A stretch of 63,971 bases of DNA, the filler included, from Platydemus manokwari (taxonomy: Eukaryota): the NCBI GenBank assembly GCA_037951405.1. It is 6 parts of 6 records of this genome, joined end to end, with 100 filler letters (N's around TTAATTAATTAA, not from the genome) between each part and the next. Parts side by side here need not be neighbours in the genome. Positions count along the whole stretch, not along the records: positions 27,065 to 36,151 come from JBBMOY011301651.1; positions 36,252 to 45,841 come from JBBMOY011228321.1; 4 more parts are not named here. One strand, 5' to 3'. The notes beneath the pieces are model-generated. The model did not search any database. It was given only the letters and a program-made list of their open reading frames with translations, and was not told the DNA's origin. Positions 26,965 through 40,249 of the stretch are shown piece by piece. Position 1 is the stretch's first letter. Every line of letters begins with the position of its first letter. Position numbers and translations under genes: made by a program.

Positions 26965-27064
26965 NNNNNNNNNNNNNNNNNNNNNNNNNNNNNNNNNNNN
27001 NNNNNNNNTTAATTAATTAANNNNNNNNNNNNNNNNNNNNNNNNNNNNNNNNNNNNNNNNNNNN
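26965..27064. other. Artificial 100-bp contig-joining spacer
   Basis: 44N-TTAATTAATTAA-44N. Confidence 0.95.
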
Positions 27065-27919
27065 AGCATATTTTAAAATTGCGCAACAAGCCCCTAAAGT
27101 TAACTGTTGTGAATATCCAAACCTAATGAAAGAATTAAGATTTTATTAATTAAATAAAAGAACGTTATTCATTTTTAAACATATTTAAAAATCAAACGTG
27201 GTTAAAAAAATGATAAAGCCTACTAATCAACAATGTTCTTAGTAAATTTCTTAATCGTCTCTTCTAACAAATAATTCCTCTTCGTGATGTAATGTGCAAA
27301 TTCTCGATGAATGTTCTCAATTATAAATTCTTTAAAATTTGAAATTTCGAGTCATTGAAAATCAATTTCTCGGAGTACGAATAGCTGTTGTGAAATGTGT
27401 TGATAAAATACAATGCTTTATATCGGCTTTGAAAGTCACTGCCTATCACTACTTGTTATCCTCTTTGAATTTCTTTTAAAATTGTGACGCATTTTTTCAT
27501 TTTGTTTTTAATTTTTTTCGTTAAAAGAATTAGTATAGTTTATCTTTTCTTGTTTTTATTCTCAGTTTCCATCTATCTTTTATTATTGATTTTTGTTGCT
27601 TTCATACTTCTTATTTATAATTAACGCTTGTTTTGTTGTTATGATCAGAATATCGACATTAGGATTTAGACCCTGAAACTGAATTACCATATTGATGTTT
27701 TGAACTCTGGATTGAAGCGTTTAAGAATAGTGAAGGATTAAAATGTGTCATTTAAAATATAAATTAGGATTTGGATAGAATTGGAGTAATTGGATCACTG
27801 AATTGGAATAGTCATAGAATTGGAAAAATGGCCAGATCGGTTTTAAAATAGAAAGAGTCAATGGGTCACTCTAAACAGAATCATTCAAATAATTCAATAA
27901 GAATTCGATATTAATTTGA

Positions 27920-28450
27920 ATTTTCGGTTAAAGTTAAAAAAGGATCCTAGAAATAAAATTTTTAATTTGTGGAGTGTATTACTAAAATCTATATAATTTA
28001 TTTAATTAAATTCTTTCAAAAAATTTTGAATTTTTTTATTTAAGTACTTGGAAAAAATTTTAGTTGTTTATAATCAAATATAATATTCACAAGATTTTTA
28101 AAATCTACTAAAATACAAATAATTGAAAATTAGCGAGGATTCCTTTTCAATATTAGAAGCAAATGGAATGATATCTAAGATTTTTAGAGTTGTTTTATAG
28201 GAAAGGGATTTGAAAATCATTGAAGTGCCCGGAACTAGGTACTCGTGTTTAATCTCAAAATAAGTATATTAATATATACTTTATAGATTGGGAAATAGAT
28301 CCAAAACCTGTCGATGATGAAACGAAATGAAGATTTCAACCAAATCAAATAAATAGTACTGGTGAAGATGCCACAAACATATAAGAAGCTTAAGAATTTG
28401 AATAGGAACTTGGTTCAACAATTCAGCCTTGTCTCTTTTCGACATTCTGA
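27920..28450 (+). mobile_element. Dispersed non-coding repeat, copy B
   Basis: Collinear similarity with 8500-8970 (reverse complement) and 48410-48780. Confidence 0.65.
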
Positions 28451-30775
28451 ATAAGGTATTTGTTGTGCACGGGGCTCATACAAAAAGTGCATTAGAAAAA
28501 TGACTTAAATTGGCACACCAACAATTAACAAAAAGTGACAATTTTTATTAAAATAAAACTAAGAATTTAAAATACTTTATTAAGGTACAAAATTTGTAGA
28601 TTCTATACCTATGAATAAAAATCGGTCGCAGAAATTGATAGTCTATTTTCGAATTGTTGAAAGACTGCATAGATATAATAAGAAAGAATTGCTTTTTATT
28701 TCTAGCCCCCAACCGAAGCGCACCGACTCTAAAAGCTATAAACACAAGTTAAACAGAAATTTTATATTTAAAATGATACTTTTATTTGATTGTAAGCTTG
28801 TGGAACTATTATCCATAATATATACGTATTGTTACAGTTGTTTTTTCCAATTATCATTTAAAATTGAACTTTATCCAAAAATTTCATTGAAACATGATTA
28901 CAAATAAATTTTAATATTAAATAACACATGAAAAATCATTACATTTAAATTGGGTTGAAGGACCTTCTTCTAAACTTAAACTGAATTTTGTATTAAGACT
29001 ACCCTTTATATTTTACCGAATCCAGAATTCTGACGGTAAGATATTAGAAACTTCATTGTTAAAATTAATAATTCATAAATACAATGTTGATGAACATAAT
29101 TTATATATACATATATATCGAAATTTTGATCATTAGCAAAATATCTGTAAAATATTCTCGTTCATTATTTGTTCATTCCTTGATATGTAATTTGAAATCA
29201 ATAAAAATATACTATCACTAGAAAATTGGATTTTGTGTAACTAAAGATTAATCGTGAATTATTTGCAATTTCTTTTATGGTATAAAATTTGGATAAACTG
29301 TTTCATTCATTCAGTTCATATCTGTGGTATAGAAATTATAATTATAATTATAATACCAATTAATAAAATTTTCAAAGATCGGGAAAATTTCCTAAATACT
29401 TAATGGATAGATTTTGTTTTTACCATATTCACTGAAGAAAAGGTAAAAATCAATCAAAAGTCAACATTAAATGACAATAAATAACTAATTTCTATGGATA
29501 TTAATTTTCTAAGATTTATGTAACGGTAATTTTATAAATACCGTATTTTCTTTAACTTAACTTAAGAGATAACAAAAACGTGAATGTTTTTTTTAATATT
29601 TAATTTCGAGTATATCAGAAAATGATTTTAATTTTATTTTTGAAAATTGATATCTCTTCTCATTCAATGATCTCCTTATCGGTGTAAGTTATTTGAAAAA
29701 TGAATAAATATTATACTCCAATTTTGCGATTTAATGCATCAAAAAACGATAAAAAATTGATTTTTAAAAGAAATTATCTATTTCGAGAATTCTTTGATTT
29801 ACTCTTCAATGTTTGTATAAAAAATATTTTACTACTTTGTCGGCATTTCACCTACACACTACTATTGATTAGTCCGATTATTTCTTCTTTTAAATAATGA
29901 AACTCTATTCTTTTATACTTTTATCTTTGTAATATCAGTAACCATTAATTGATTTTTTCTAAAGGAATATCATTTATCATGTTTGGTTGAATTACAAACT
30001 GTCGAAAGTGATAAGGCATTGCTAAAAAACTTTTGAATTTAGGTGAAACTTACTTCCTAAATATTATATTTAAAATATTATTTTATTGTTGAGTTGTCTG
30101 TTGTGTGCATTTTATTGTCCACGTTGTACAATTACTTAAAAATTCAATAACACTTGTCTCAATCTCAAGAATTTGTGTTACTTTAAGAAATGAAGGAATG
30201 AATGTGCTCGAGAACATTCCTCCCGACGAAACAGCTGTTGTTCATTATTACTTTTATAAAGATGTAGTGCCAAATTCTTTGTCTCTTATAAGCACAATTA
30301 AATATTTGAAATCATTTTATTCCATTACTGTTCCAATAAGTTTCTCATATGCAAATCAGTAACTATCAAATTCTCTTTAATGATTTTAAATCAACTCTAA
30401 CTACATTTTTTCGAATTGGTTATTTAAATTCTCATTACCTTTATTTTAATTATTTTACGTTCTCCTTACAGACTACTCATATTATTTTACAGGATATAAT
30501 TTAGTGAATATTTTGAAATTATTTTGTAGTAGTTTCCAAATAGCCTTTCCGTGCAATTATTTATCATGTTATTTCATATTTTTTGATGAATATGTAACAA
30601 AATTTGTTGTTTTATTATTACAGTTTAAGTTAGATAAGTTGGTCATTTAAATGTGACTGTATTTGTCTATTAAGTTCGAACTGATAAGTCTGTTCTTTGA
30701 TTAAGAACTGTTTCTATGAAAATGATATCCATTGTCAAACACAACAAAGAGCCTCGAATATTAGTTAGTCAAAAC

Positions 30776-31032
30776 TGTGAGAATATCAAATTGCATTTGA
30801 ATTTATATTGAATTTAGTTTGATATTAAATTTTATTTGATGTTAAATTTTATTTGATATTAGATTTTATTTGATATTGAATTTTATTTGATATTGAATTT
30901 TATTTGATATTGAATTTTTTTTATATTAAATTTTATTTATTTTGTTTAAATAATTGTCTTTGAATCGAATTGAATGTCGAGTCTTTTCATTTCGCTTTCG
31001 ATTTGTTTTTTATAAAATAGTAGCGGCTTACA
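30776..31032 (+). mobile_element. Solo LTR of the same family as the 19310-19881 element, with an expanded 17-bp repeat
   Basis: TGTGAGAATATCAAATTG...TAGCGGCTTACA. 257 bp vs 155 bp, i.e. six extra copies of TTTGATATTAAATTTTA. Flanks AAAAC/AATAC (5-bp TSD with one mismatch). No PBS after it. Confidence 0.88.
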
Positions 31033-33739
31033 AATACAATTATAGGATCCCTGTATAAATTTGATTCTAATTACTACAGATTCTTTATAGTTGTATATAT
31101 TTTACAAAATAACATTGATATTTTAATTTACCTTTAAAATGTCTATCTGTATTATGATTTTACAATATCATCGATAAAAAATGCGCTGCTTATTTACCTT
31201 TATAAACAAAGCAAAATATTTACTTTGAATACGCATATTACCAAAGACCATTACTTTGCTTTTGGGTGTTTATACTAATTTTAGTTACAAACATTCTATG
31301 TGTACAAAACATATTTGTCTGAAAATTCTTCAAAGTTAAGTTTTATTTATTTAATCAATAATATCGATAATAATTATTATTGATATATTTATTTTTATAA
31401 TCTATTTATCATTACAAAAATGTCAAATCCACCCATCCAACTACAAAAAGTAGGCATTTTATTTCCAAAAATGGGAGTTGTGAATTATGACGGATCCAGC
31501 AATTAAAATTTGAGAATTCGTAAGTGACCTTTTTTGTAGTAATTTCATTTATTTCATTTCTGTCGATAGTAAATTAATGTCCGAAAAATATCATGTTGAA
31601 ATTTATTATTTTATTATTAATTTATTATTAATTTTTTGAAACTAATAGTTTAACATTTTCAGAAAATTATCTCCTTATTATATTTCAGAATTTTAATCTT
31701 TTGTATTTACTGGTGGTTGAGTATTTATTCATTTTACCTTTTATTTAAAACAATTCATATCTTTAAAAATACTTTCCTGTGAGAATTATAACGTGATATT
31801 AGAGATCTAATTATTCTTGATTTTATAATTTTATTAAAAAGTTTAATTATTTACTTTTTGATTTTTTCCTCAAGATGTCAATATGTTTTGAGATATAAAA
31901 ATCTTAACAAATCCATGATTATTACTAACCCCACTTCACAACACAAATTACATTACTGACCTATCGAACATTTCATGGTCATAAAAAGGGCGCAATCAAT
32001 CAGCAATAATGCAGTATTCTGAACATAGGCTGCAAATACAAGATATCATTCTACATTCAGAATTCTACAGAGCCCTGTCTCTCGGAAACGATCGAGGATT
32101 CAATTATACTGTAATAAAAAAATGTTTATCGTAAAAAAATTTATGTCTATATTGTTGAATCGTGTGTCTATGGTTCATGGAAATGGTGTATTATCTCCCA
32201 AACAGTTTTAAACCACTACTATTAAATTGAACAGGCAAAGCTAATAAAATTTGGTTTAATAACCTATTGTGGTAAACTTTTTAATAAAGAATTTTTGAAA
32301 TAAAACTTATAATCATTCTTTTAATTTTTCAAACAAGAAACCCTCAATTGTCAAGTCATCTGACCAAAAAATAATAATTACCGTGATAATAAAATTCGAA
32401 GTCTACGCGTGTGATCCATAAATTGATCACTGAAGTCCAGGATAAATTATCATAATTAAAAATAAAAAAGCAAAAAAATTTTCACGCTATTCATTTCATA
32501 AAAATTATTGCTGATTTCCGCTATAAATAATAGATAACAAAATAATAAAAATCAATGATAATGATGATGTTTTAGTAACTACAATATGGCCGTGCCAGAA
32601 ATCAGTGTATAAAGAATGGGTAAATTATAAAGATTGCCATTTCAACTATACTGAACTCAGATGGAAGTCATGATTAATATCGTAATTAATTATCTTGCAA
32701 CTGGTGTCGTTGTTAGAACGTAGACGTTGATTTTATATTGTTCGCATAATATCGGTAGTACAACTTTTGTAGTTGTAAATTGATTATACAACCAGAAAGA
32801 AATTCTTCGGTTAAGTCAATAAAAACAAAAATGATCATTGTAGTTGTACTCTTTCCTCTTTGTGAATAATATTATACATATAATTTAAACAGAAAATATT
32901 TTGTCGATTATCCTCGATGCCATCTTAGTTATTTTTAAGAAGTAAGATAAATAAAGCAAATCATTTTAAACTTGCATCATATCAAACATAACATATTCTT
33001 TTACAAACACTTTTCAACCAACCTTAGTAATTTACTTCAAATTTTTGTCATCATGAATCATTTGGTTTGTTAGGTTTAACTTTATTAAATTTACATTAAA
33101 CTTGAAAGATCAATTAAATTTGATTAAACACTCTCAATATTTATGAAATAATCAATCATCAACTTATTTTTTTTATTAATTAATTTAATTAAAAATTAGA
33201 CACTAATATCCCAAAATTTAAATTAGATTTTTAGATTGATTTTGTAACGCTTAACAGCTTTAATGTGATCTATTTAAAACTCGAATTTTTTTTCGTAAAA
33301 TTCCAATTAATATTACTAATTATGGTGAAGGATTTATTTTATTGACTAAATTGCTCGAAACCTTAAAAATATTCTAGCTACTAGATTTGGAATTGCTATT
33401 GCTTCGAAAGAAATCAGAAAATTGTGTATGTAAAATGGGATTTCAATGTTACTTTTTTCCATTTTGAAATTAATTCATTAACTAGAAAGATTTACTAGAA
33501 AATAATTTATTAGAAAATTTATATTCCTTCTGAACTCTGAGATTACCAAATTATTTTTCATAATCATTTTGTATTGCTTGATTATAATTAAGCATAATAT
33601 TCGAGGTGAAATTATTATATATTATCTTGAAATTTTATATTATCCAGAAAACAGATTTGTTAAGGAAAATGATAATTTATGATTTGATAGTGTATTTGTT
33701 GATGTGTGAACCTCACCAAAATTAATAGATTAATATAGT

Positions 33740-35960
33740 TTTATAATATAATGAGATAGACCACTTCTTGAGTAACCATGTCTGTTGATGATGCTTAGCC
33801 GCTTGTTTATGTTCTCAATATCTGTATCACACTGTCCTTTCAAGCATCATCATTTGTTATCTCTATTTCAGATTTTCTTTTATTCATTATAGCTCTATTT
33901 CTTTCATTAATCTCCATAACTGAGCATCTTCGTAAATTTCTTTCTACCTGCCTGATCAATAAAATTTGCTTTCAATAATTAGATTTGTTTTCTCTATCCT
34001 GACATGTTCTAATTTTCCATGTATTATTCAAACACAATTTTTAATATCACATTGAGAGACCAATAAATTCCGTTCTTATAGTATGACGTCTCACATCTAA
34101 TTCTCATATTCCACATATTCTTTTAACGTGGTATTTTTGATAAATCTATGGCACTTCCGCTAGGGATATCTGCTATCAAGATTTTCAGTACATCACCTTT
34201 ACTCCGATTTTAAAAATTGTCTTATTCAACTCGATCCAATACTTTCTTATCTTGTTTACAAGGCAGTTCACTTTTTTATAGTCCGCCATTATATTATGTC
34301 TTTTGTAAATTTCGACTATGTATTGCACATTGTTCACAATAAGAAAATCGCGATATTGCCTCTTTGTCATATTCTATTTACATTTCAAATATTCCAAGCT
34401 CTGCTTTCCACATAGAATGTTTAGATGTATTGAAAGAATTCTAATTCTGCGGCCCTTTCAGAGCAATGTGATCAGTTTTGACAATAAATTTCTTGTCATA
34501 TAGAATGATTAAATTTTTAACAAAATAAAGATGGCTGGAAACTCTTTATTTGCATATTAATAAATCTTTTTAAAACCAAATAGATACTTACATTCTAGAA
34601 ACTACACTTGTTAAAGAACATATATTCTTGATGCTACGCTATCACTCGTTGTTCATCTTTTTGTATTTGAGAAAGCGTGGCTTTTATTCAATCAAAAGAT
34701 ACATCAGTATCCAATGTCTTATTTATTTCATTTATCTTTTCTACACAACCTAAATTCATTCTAGTATAAATCTTCTTGGTCCCATTCTTAATTTGCATCA
34801 ACCTTACCAAAACATATCGATTATTTTCTTTGAGCATTGAATCAACTATTACGAATCACTACGTTTCTCTCCAAAGAACTATTACTTTTCAGCTATTTCC
34901 ATCAACAACCACAGCTTTTACAAAGTAATTGCCATCTCCAAACAGCACATATTCACTAATATTATTCGTATCCCAATCATTTTTATCTTATTGCAATTCT
35001 TACTCGGTATAGCCGGAATACTATTCTTAGTATAGCGTATTCCTATAAAACATTTTAGGAATAGTTCTAGTATTGCATCAAAATTTTTAAATAATTCTTC
35101 TGCACCAATTACAACTTTAAATAAACCTCTCTTGAAAGTTTTATTATTGATCCATTTCCACATCGAATTCTGTTAAAAGATCTCCTCATTTTGATTGAAT
35201 CATCATTTTTCATTAGTCAATTAACTAAATCTTCGCTTATTGCGTTAAGTTTAGCTTCTGCGTCAAAGAGTATCTTCACTTCTATTGGTTAATTTTTGCC
35301 TTTTTAGGTCTTCGGTTCGTTATGACCTTATCTGCTTTTGTCAATATTCTGCATGGTTTAGCTCTTTGCCTATTAACAAACTGTGCATAATTGTCCTCGG
35401 TCGATTTGAATTTATTGTGTTTTGATTTTCTTGGATTAACTTCTAGTCATACATATCCAACATATTGCATACTTGCTCCGGAAACGTATGTCACTTTGTC
35501 TTCTATTGACGTGATGCTTGTTTCCTTGGTATGTAAATATTTGATATCCTTGACATCTATTCGACAGAATCTTTGCAGATGTAGACCACCAAATCGAAAA
35601 CATTCAATAGTTATACCAAAAAGAGCATAATGTTCTTTTTACCACTTAAAACAAACAATGTCTTCAATTGATCTCTATTGCAATTGCCTTAATTAACCAG
35701 ACTTTATTCTTCCAATGATGCCATTTTCGTTTGATTTTATGAGCTTCAGGTCACCCGGAAAATTCTTTTCACCAGAATCTATATAATTTAATAAAAACTT
35801 GCTTTCCAAATTTTTCGGAAATTTGCATGGCTACGATGTATTCATCAAAATAATAGAAGAAATTAATCCACATATTCACCATTAAAAATAGCCGACTCCT
35901 TAAATATAAGATGCGCTAGTTCTTTATCTGCTGGTGAAGCCATATAAGACTGTAATCATA
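33740..35960 (-). mobile_element. Heavily decayed Ty3/Gypsy element (gag zinc knuckles, protease, RNase H, integrase N-terminus; RT missing)
   Basis: Minus-strand fragments: VCFKW*KEHYA and ECFRFGGLHLQRFC (CCHC-like, about 35570-35660); WINNK..VIGAEE (protease-like); LDTDVSFD*IKATLSQ..RVIA and KFIVKTDHIALK (RNase H, about 34450-34720); HGKLEHVRIEKT..KFY (IN HHCC, about 33960-34025). Confidence 0.7.
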
Positions 35961-36151
35961 TCAAGATTTATTTATTCAAAAGTATATGCAAATATATTCA
36001 TATTTCAACAAATAAACACGCATATGAGCCCTTGATTATGAAAGTGGTATAAGTCATTCCAACCTTTCAAAACCAAATTTCCATTTAAAAATGGTAATAA
36101 ATTTCACATTCATATTAAATGCTGATTTACCGGCGCTAATTAATTGTCAAA

Positions 36152-36251
36152 NNNNNNNNNNNNNNNNNNNNNNNNNNNNNNNNNNNNNNNNNNNNTTAAT
36201 TAATTAANNNNNNNNNNNNNNNNNNNNNNNNNNNNNNNNNNNNNNNNNNNN
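36152..36251. other. Artificial 100-bp contig-joining spacer
   Basis: 44N-TTAATTAATTAA-44N. Confidence 0.95.
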
Positions 36252-37979
36252 TTTATCTTGTGAATTATTTAAGTTTATCTATGATTTCTTTTTCAATTTT
36301 TTATTAAAAGCAGCTCTTAAATTTTATCGACTTTTCACATCTTATATTTTCAATGAAAATCTTCCACTCGTTAAAAACTTGATTCAGGTGGTTTTACAGA
36401 GATGTTAATATTTGTTAGTTTTGTTTGTGTCTTATCTAGATTCTATAGGTTTATATAGGTGTCTATTTCCAAGATAAATACACTTAGAAGAATGAGAAAT
36501 GATTATTCATTTTCTTATGTCTGCCTAAATAATAATATTTTTGGTGTCTTAGAATAATAAATTATTGTCTTTTGTTTTGAGGTTTCTAAATAATTATTTT
36601 ATTTTTTGTTATTATTTTTCATTTTTATTGTAAATCACATTTATTGTCTTGACAACATTATTTCAAAACGTGATAAAATTTATAATCTAATTTCTCAGAA
36701 TTTTTGGCCACATTTTTTGCAGAATCATTAGATATTTCTTATTTGATTATTATTTAATGCCGTGATCATTTAAATTTTATGCCATATAATTATAGAATAT
36801 CCATATATTTATTGGTCTATTTTTAGTGATTCGAAAAGTTTTATCTCTATAGATTCTGTCTACTGCCAACAATTATTGTCATCATATTGTTTCTTGTAAA
36901 ATATAAAGTTATCTATCAATGGTTTTATGTTCAGTTTTGACTATCAGTAACAAGGTAATTTATATTGATAAAACTTTATTTTTCAAAATTTCAATATCAA
37001 TTTCTGAACACTAAAAGTAAAAAAACAGGCAAATTTTCAAATTCCCATCGTACTACACAAGTAGTTTTCTGAGCAATTCTTAAGTGAATGGAAAAACCAA
37101 AATAAAATTTCTATAAAGGCATACTAATGTGACAATTTGTGAAATAAAATTATTATAACAAATTTAAAGCTTATTAACAAAAGTACAGAATATAATAATT
37201 ATAAATTTGCGATTAATATCCTCAATTTATTATATGTAACAAATAAGTTTCCTTTCATTGAATATTAATATGATGTCTTTTAATGGCTTGTTTGACTTGG
37301 ATGATTATAACTCATTTTTTCCATTTCTTATTTAGTAATTTGTTAATATTATCTTTGATTGTTTCTAATAGAATTAAGAATTTATTTGTTTTTCACTGAT
37401 AAGTATTTAATTCATTGTTGTTTTAATTTATTATAATTGATATTATATTTACACAAACTAAAATCAAAGAATATTAAAATAATGAAATGTAAACACAAAA
37501 CAAATAACTGAAAGTGGACTTATTATATTTAATTGACACTTGACTATTTTTTCAAGCATTCATTTTCTGACAAACGAAATTAAACCATTTTATAAGTTCT
37601 TTAATTTAGAACTGCGAGATATGAGCACAAATTGTTGAGTAATTTTCTAGGTAAATTGAAATAAGCACTGGAGTTGATCTAGCACAAATTGTGATCAATT
37701 ATTTATCTGTCATTTCATTATCTGAATGATAGTGAGAGAGTGTCAAGTTTATCTTTTGTTGAATCCAGTGTTTTGTTGTTTATTTTTGATTAGCTGGAAG
37801 CTCTCTGTTATAACTACCAAGCCAACTTTTTAATTTTCATGTACATTTTATTCTTCGTGTCACTGTTAATTTGCCCATGTTAATTTCTTGTTGTCACGTA
37901 GGTGGTATATTACTTGAACTCAGATCGGACTCCAAACAATCTGTTGTGTTTCGTGTGAAATTCTAGAATGAATATAGGT

Positions 37980-38520
37980 TGTGATTTATAAATAAATATA
38001 AGTTATGATAAATATGAATAACGCAAAATAACCGGAAAATGTATAATTAGAACTATTTAATAATAACAATGGATAACAAATAAGACAATAGATAATTGAT
38101 AGCAAAACAATTACAATGTGGTATGTGAAAACAACTGGCGAAGTGTTTTGTCACTTAACCAGGTTGGCAGATTCATGATATGGGGTCAGCCTTATGATGA
38201 ATAAAAACTATAGTAAAAATGTAGAAAACTAAGGTAAATTTATTTAGAATCGAATCTATCGACACGATACGCACAATTCGGTTTATACCTCAAATAGATG
38301 AAATTTTGCTCGCGGATGTAATTTCTAGGTAGTTGCTGAATCACGATTCACTTGCTTTGCAGTCTAGCTTTTATGAATGCTTGCTTAACTGAAGATCTGA
38401 CTGTCTAATTTGCTTATTTTCAGTGGTTTTTAGCAATTCACTTTTTGGCAATTTCCTCTAACTGTCGTCGTTCTTATATACTGTTTTTCGTTTCATTTAC
38501 AGCCAATCGTGATTTTTATA
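37980..38520 (-). mobile_element. Possible long-LTR fragment with promoter
   Basis: Minus strand: CCAAT box (38503-38507), CAGTATATAAGA (38472-38483), ending ...TCACA at 37980. The same TATA context occurs at 41846-41857. Confidence 0.3.
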
Positions 38521-40249
38521 TTTGTAATTTCAAAATCCTATTTTTAGCTTTTTGTATTTTTGCAATTATAAAATTTACGAAAGTATATGATTTTTAAAAA
38601 ATCGAAGATACTCCTGGAGATCAGCTCCTTCTAGCAATTAACTACTTAGTGTGCAGGTAAAAATAAAAATAATTATATTGTAGTTTACCCTTAATCAATG
38701 TTCGTTTCAAATGTCAATCAGCACACGCTGACAAAAATTGTCTTTGTAGTTTAATACATAATTTTATTATTGCCGGCCACCGTTATCAAAATAACACAAG
38801 ATCATTCGAATTATCTTAATTTAACTCTCCTAAGAATTGGATACTGATTTTCATCAGAATAGGACGGATATTTATACCTATTTTCGTGAACCATTCCGAT
38901 GGAATTTTTGTAATTATTTTTGCTATTTCTGAGCAACGTTTTTCTGGTTTGAGAAATTATTATATTTGTTATACGTTTTATTGTTTTGTCCTTAAATATG
39001 CTGCTAGAAATATGTTGCTTAATAAAATCTGATCATTAGTTAGGTACGTTCCTTTGTCAAATCTCAAAAATTTCAATTTTTTTTAACATTTTATAACCAC
39101 TAAATCTTTTTTATTACATTTCTCAACTCATTATTTTTAAAAATAGATTTTATAATATTTGCAGTTACTTAAAACTTCAACATGCTTTCTCAAGTAATTT
39201 TATAAAGTAATAGATTTTATTTGTTTTCATGCTGCTGGTGTTCATCGTTTTATGTTTGCTATTATGTTTCTTTGATCTCTTAATTTAGTTTTTCGATTGT
39301 TAGTACAATTTTTATCATGTATTTCAGATAATCTTTGATTAGTGAACTTTGTTTTTGAATTTAAATTTTATCAATTTTGAAAATATTAGTTTCGGTGAAA
39401 TCACAAATTTTAGTGCTGATTATGTAGCTGTTAACTGTGCGAGTCACGTGTAGTAGGAGTTTAAATTTGTTTTATTAATAATCGATAATAGATGAATAAA
39501 TTCTAGTAATTACGTGACAATCAATTAGAGTAAAACTATTCCCTAGATTCGTCGAGAACACAAGTGCTGACAAAAGTAGTATTGCTTTTACGATAGTAGC
39601 TAGAGTATGAACTTCTATACTATATATAAATTATATGATTAACACTTTTTAAACTTTTTGCGGAGGGTTCATCATATTCAACATTGAATTCTTTTTTGTA
39701 TTGTTCTGTGAAAGAGGATCAGTTGTCTATAACGTTCATCTATTGGGAACTTTCGGACTTACCTTTGTGCATCATCTATTATTATCTCTATTTTTTAGGA
39801 ACGACAGTCAGAGTCAGCAAGCTTCTCCCTGTTCTCCAAACATGTTTTTCTCATTGAAAATCTATAGTATATACTGTTACTTCTAAACTAGTACAGTTAG
39901 AATTACTTTATTATTTATACTATTTCCTTAGCATCAGTTGTGATTCCTCTGAATTTCTCCCAATTTTAGAAATCTAAAAATCTAAAACGATATTTTTTAT
40001 CTTCAGATTTTTTCAAGCCTACTATTGAACTTTATATTTCAAGAATTCATTATTTAATAAAGATTTTAATAACATTATTTCTTTTGAGGATTTCAATTTT
40101 TGTCATTATGGTGGAGTTCTATTTGATTCTCCGTGCATCTTTTTCATGAATACACATTATTTTACTGTCAAATTGTATCGGGGGTTTTAGTTAGAAGACA
40201 ATTCCTCAAAATATGATTTTTTCCCATAAATAAGGCACAACTGGCTAAG

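Noticed and set aside
30090-30370. hAT transposase C-terminal fragment (TTAVSSGGMFS, minus strand)
   Set aside because: One loosely matching motif among stops; insufficient.
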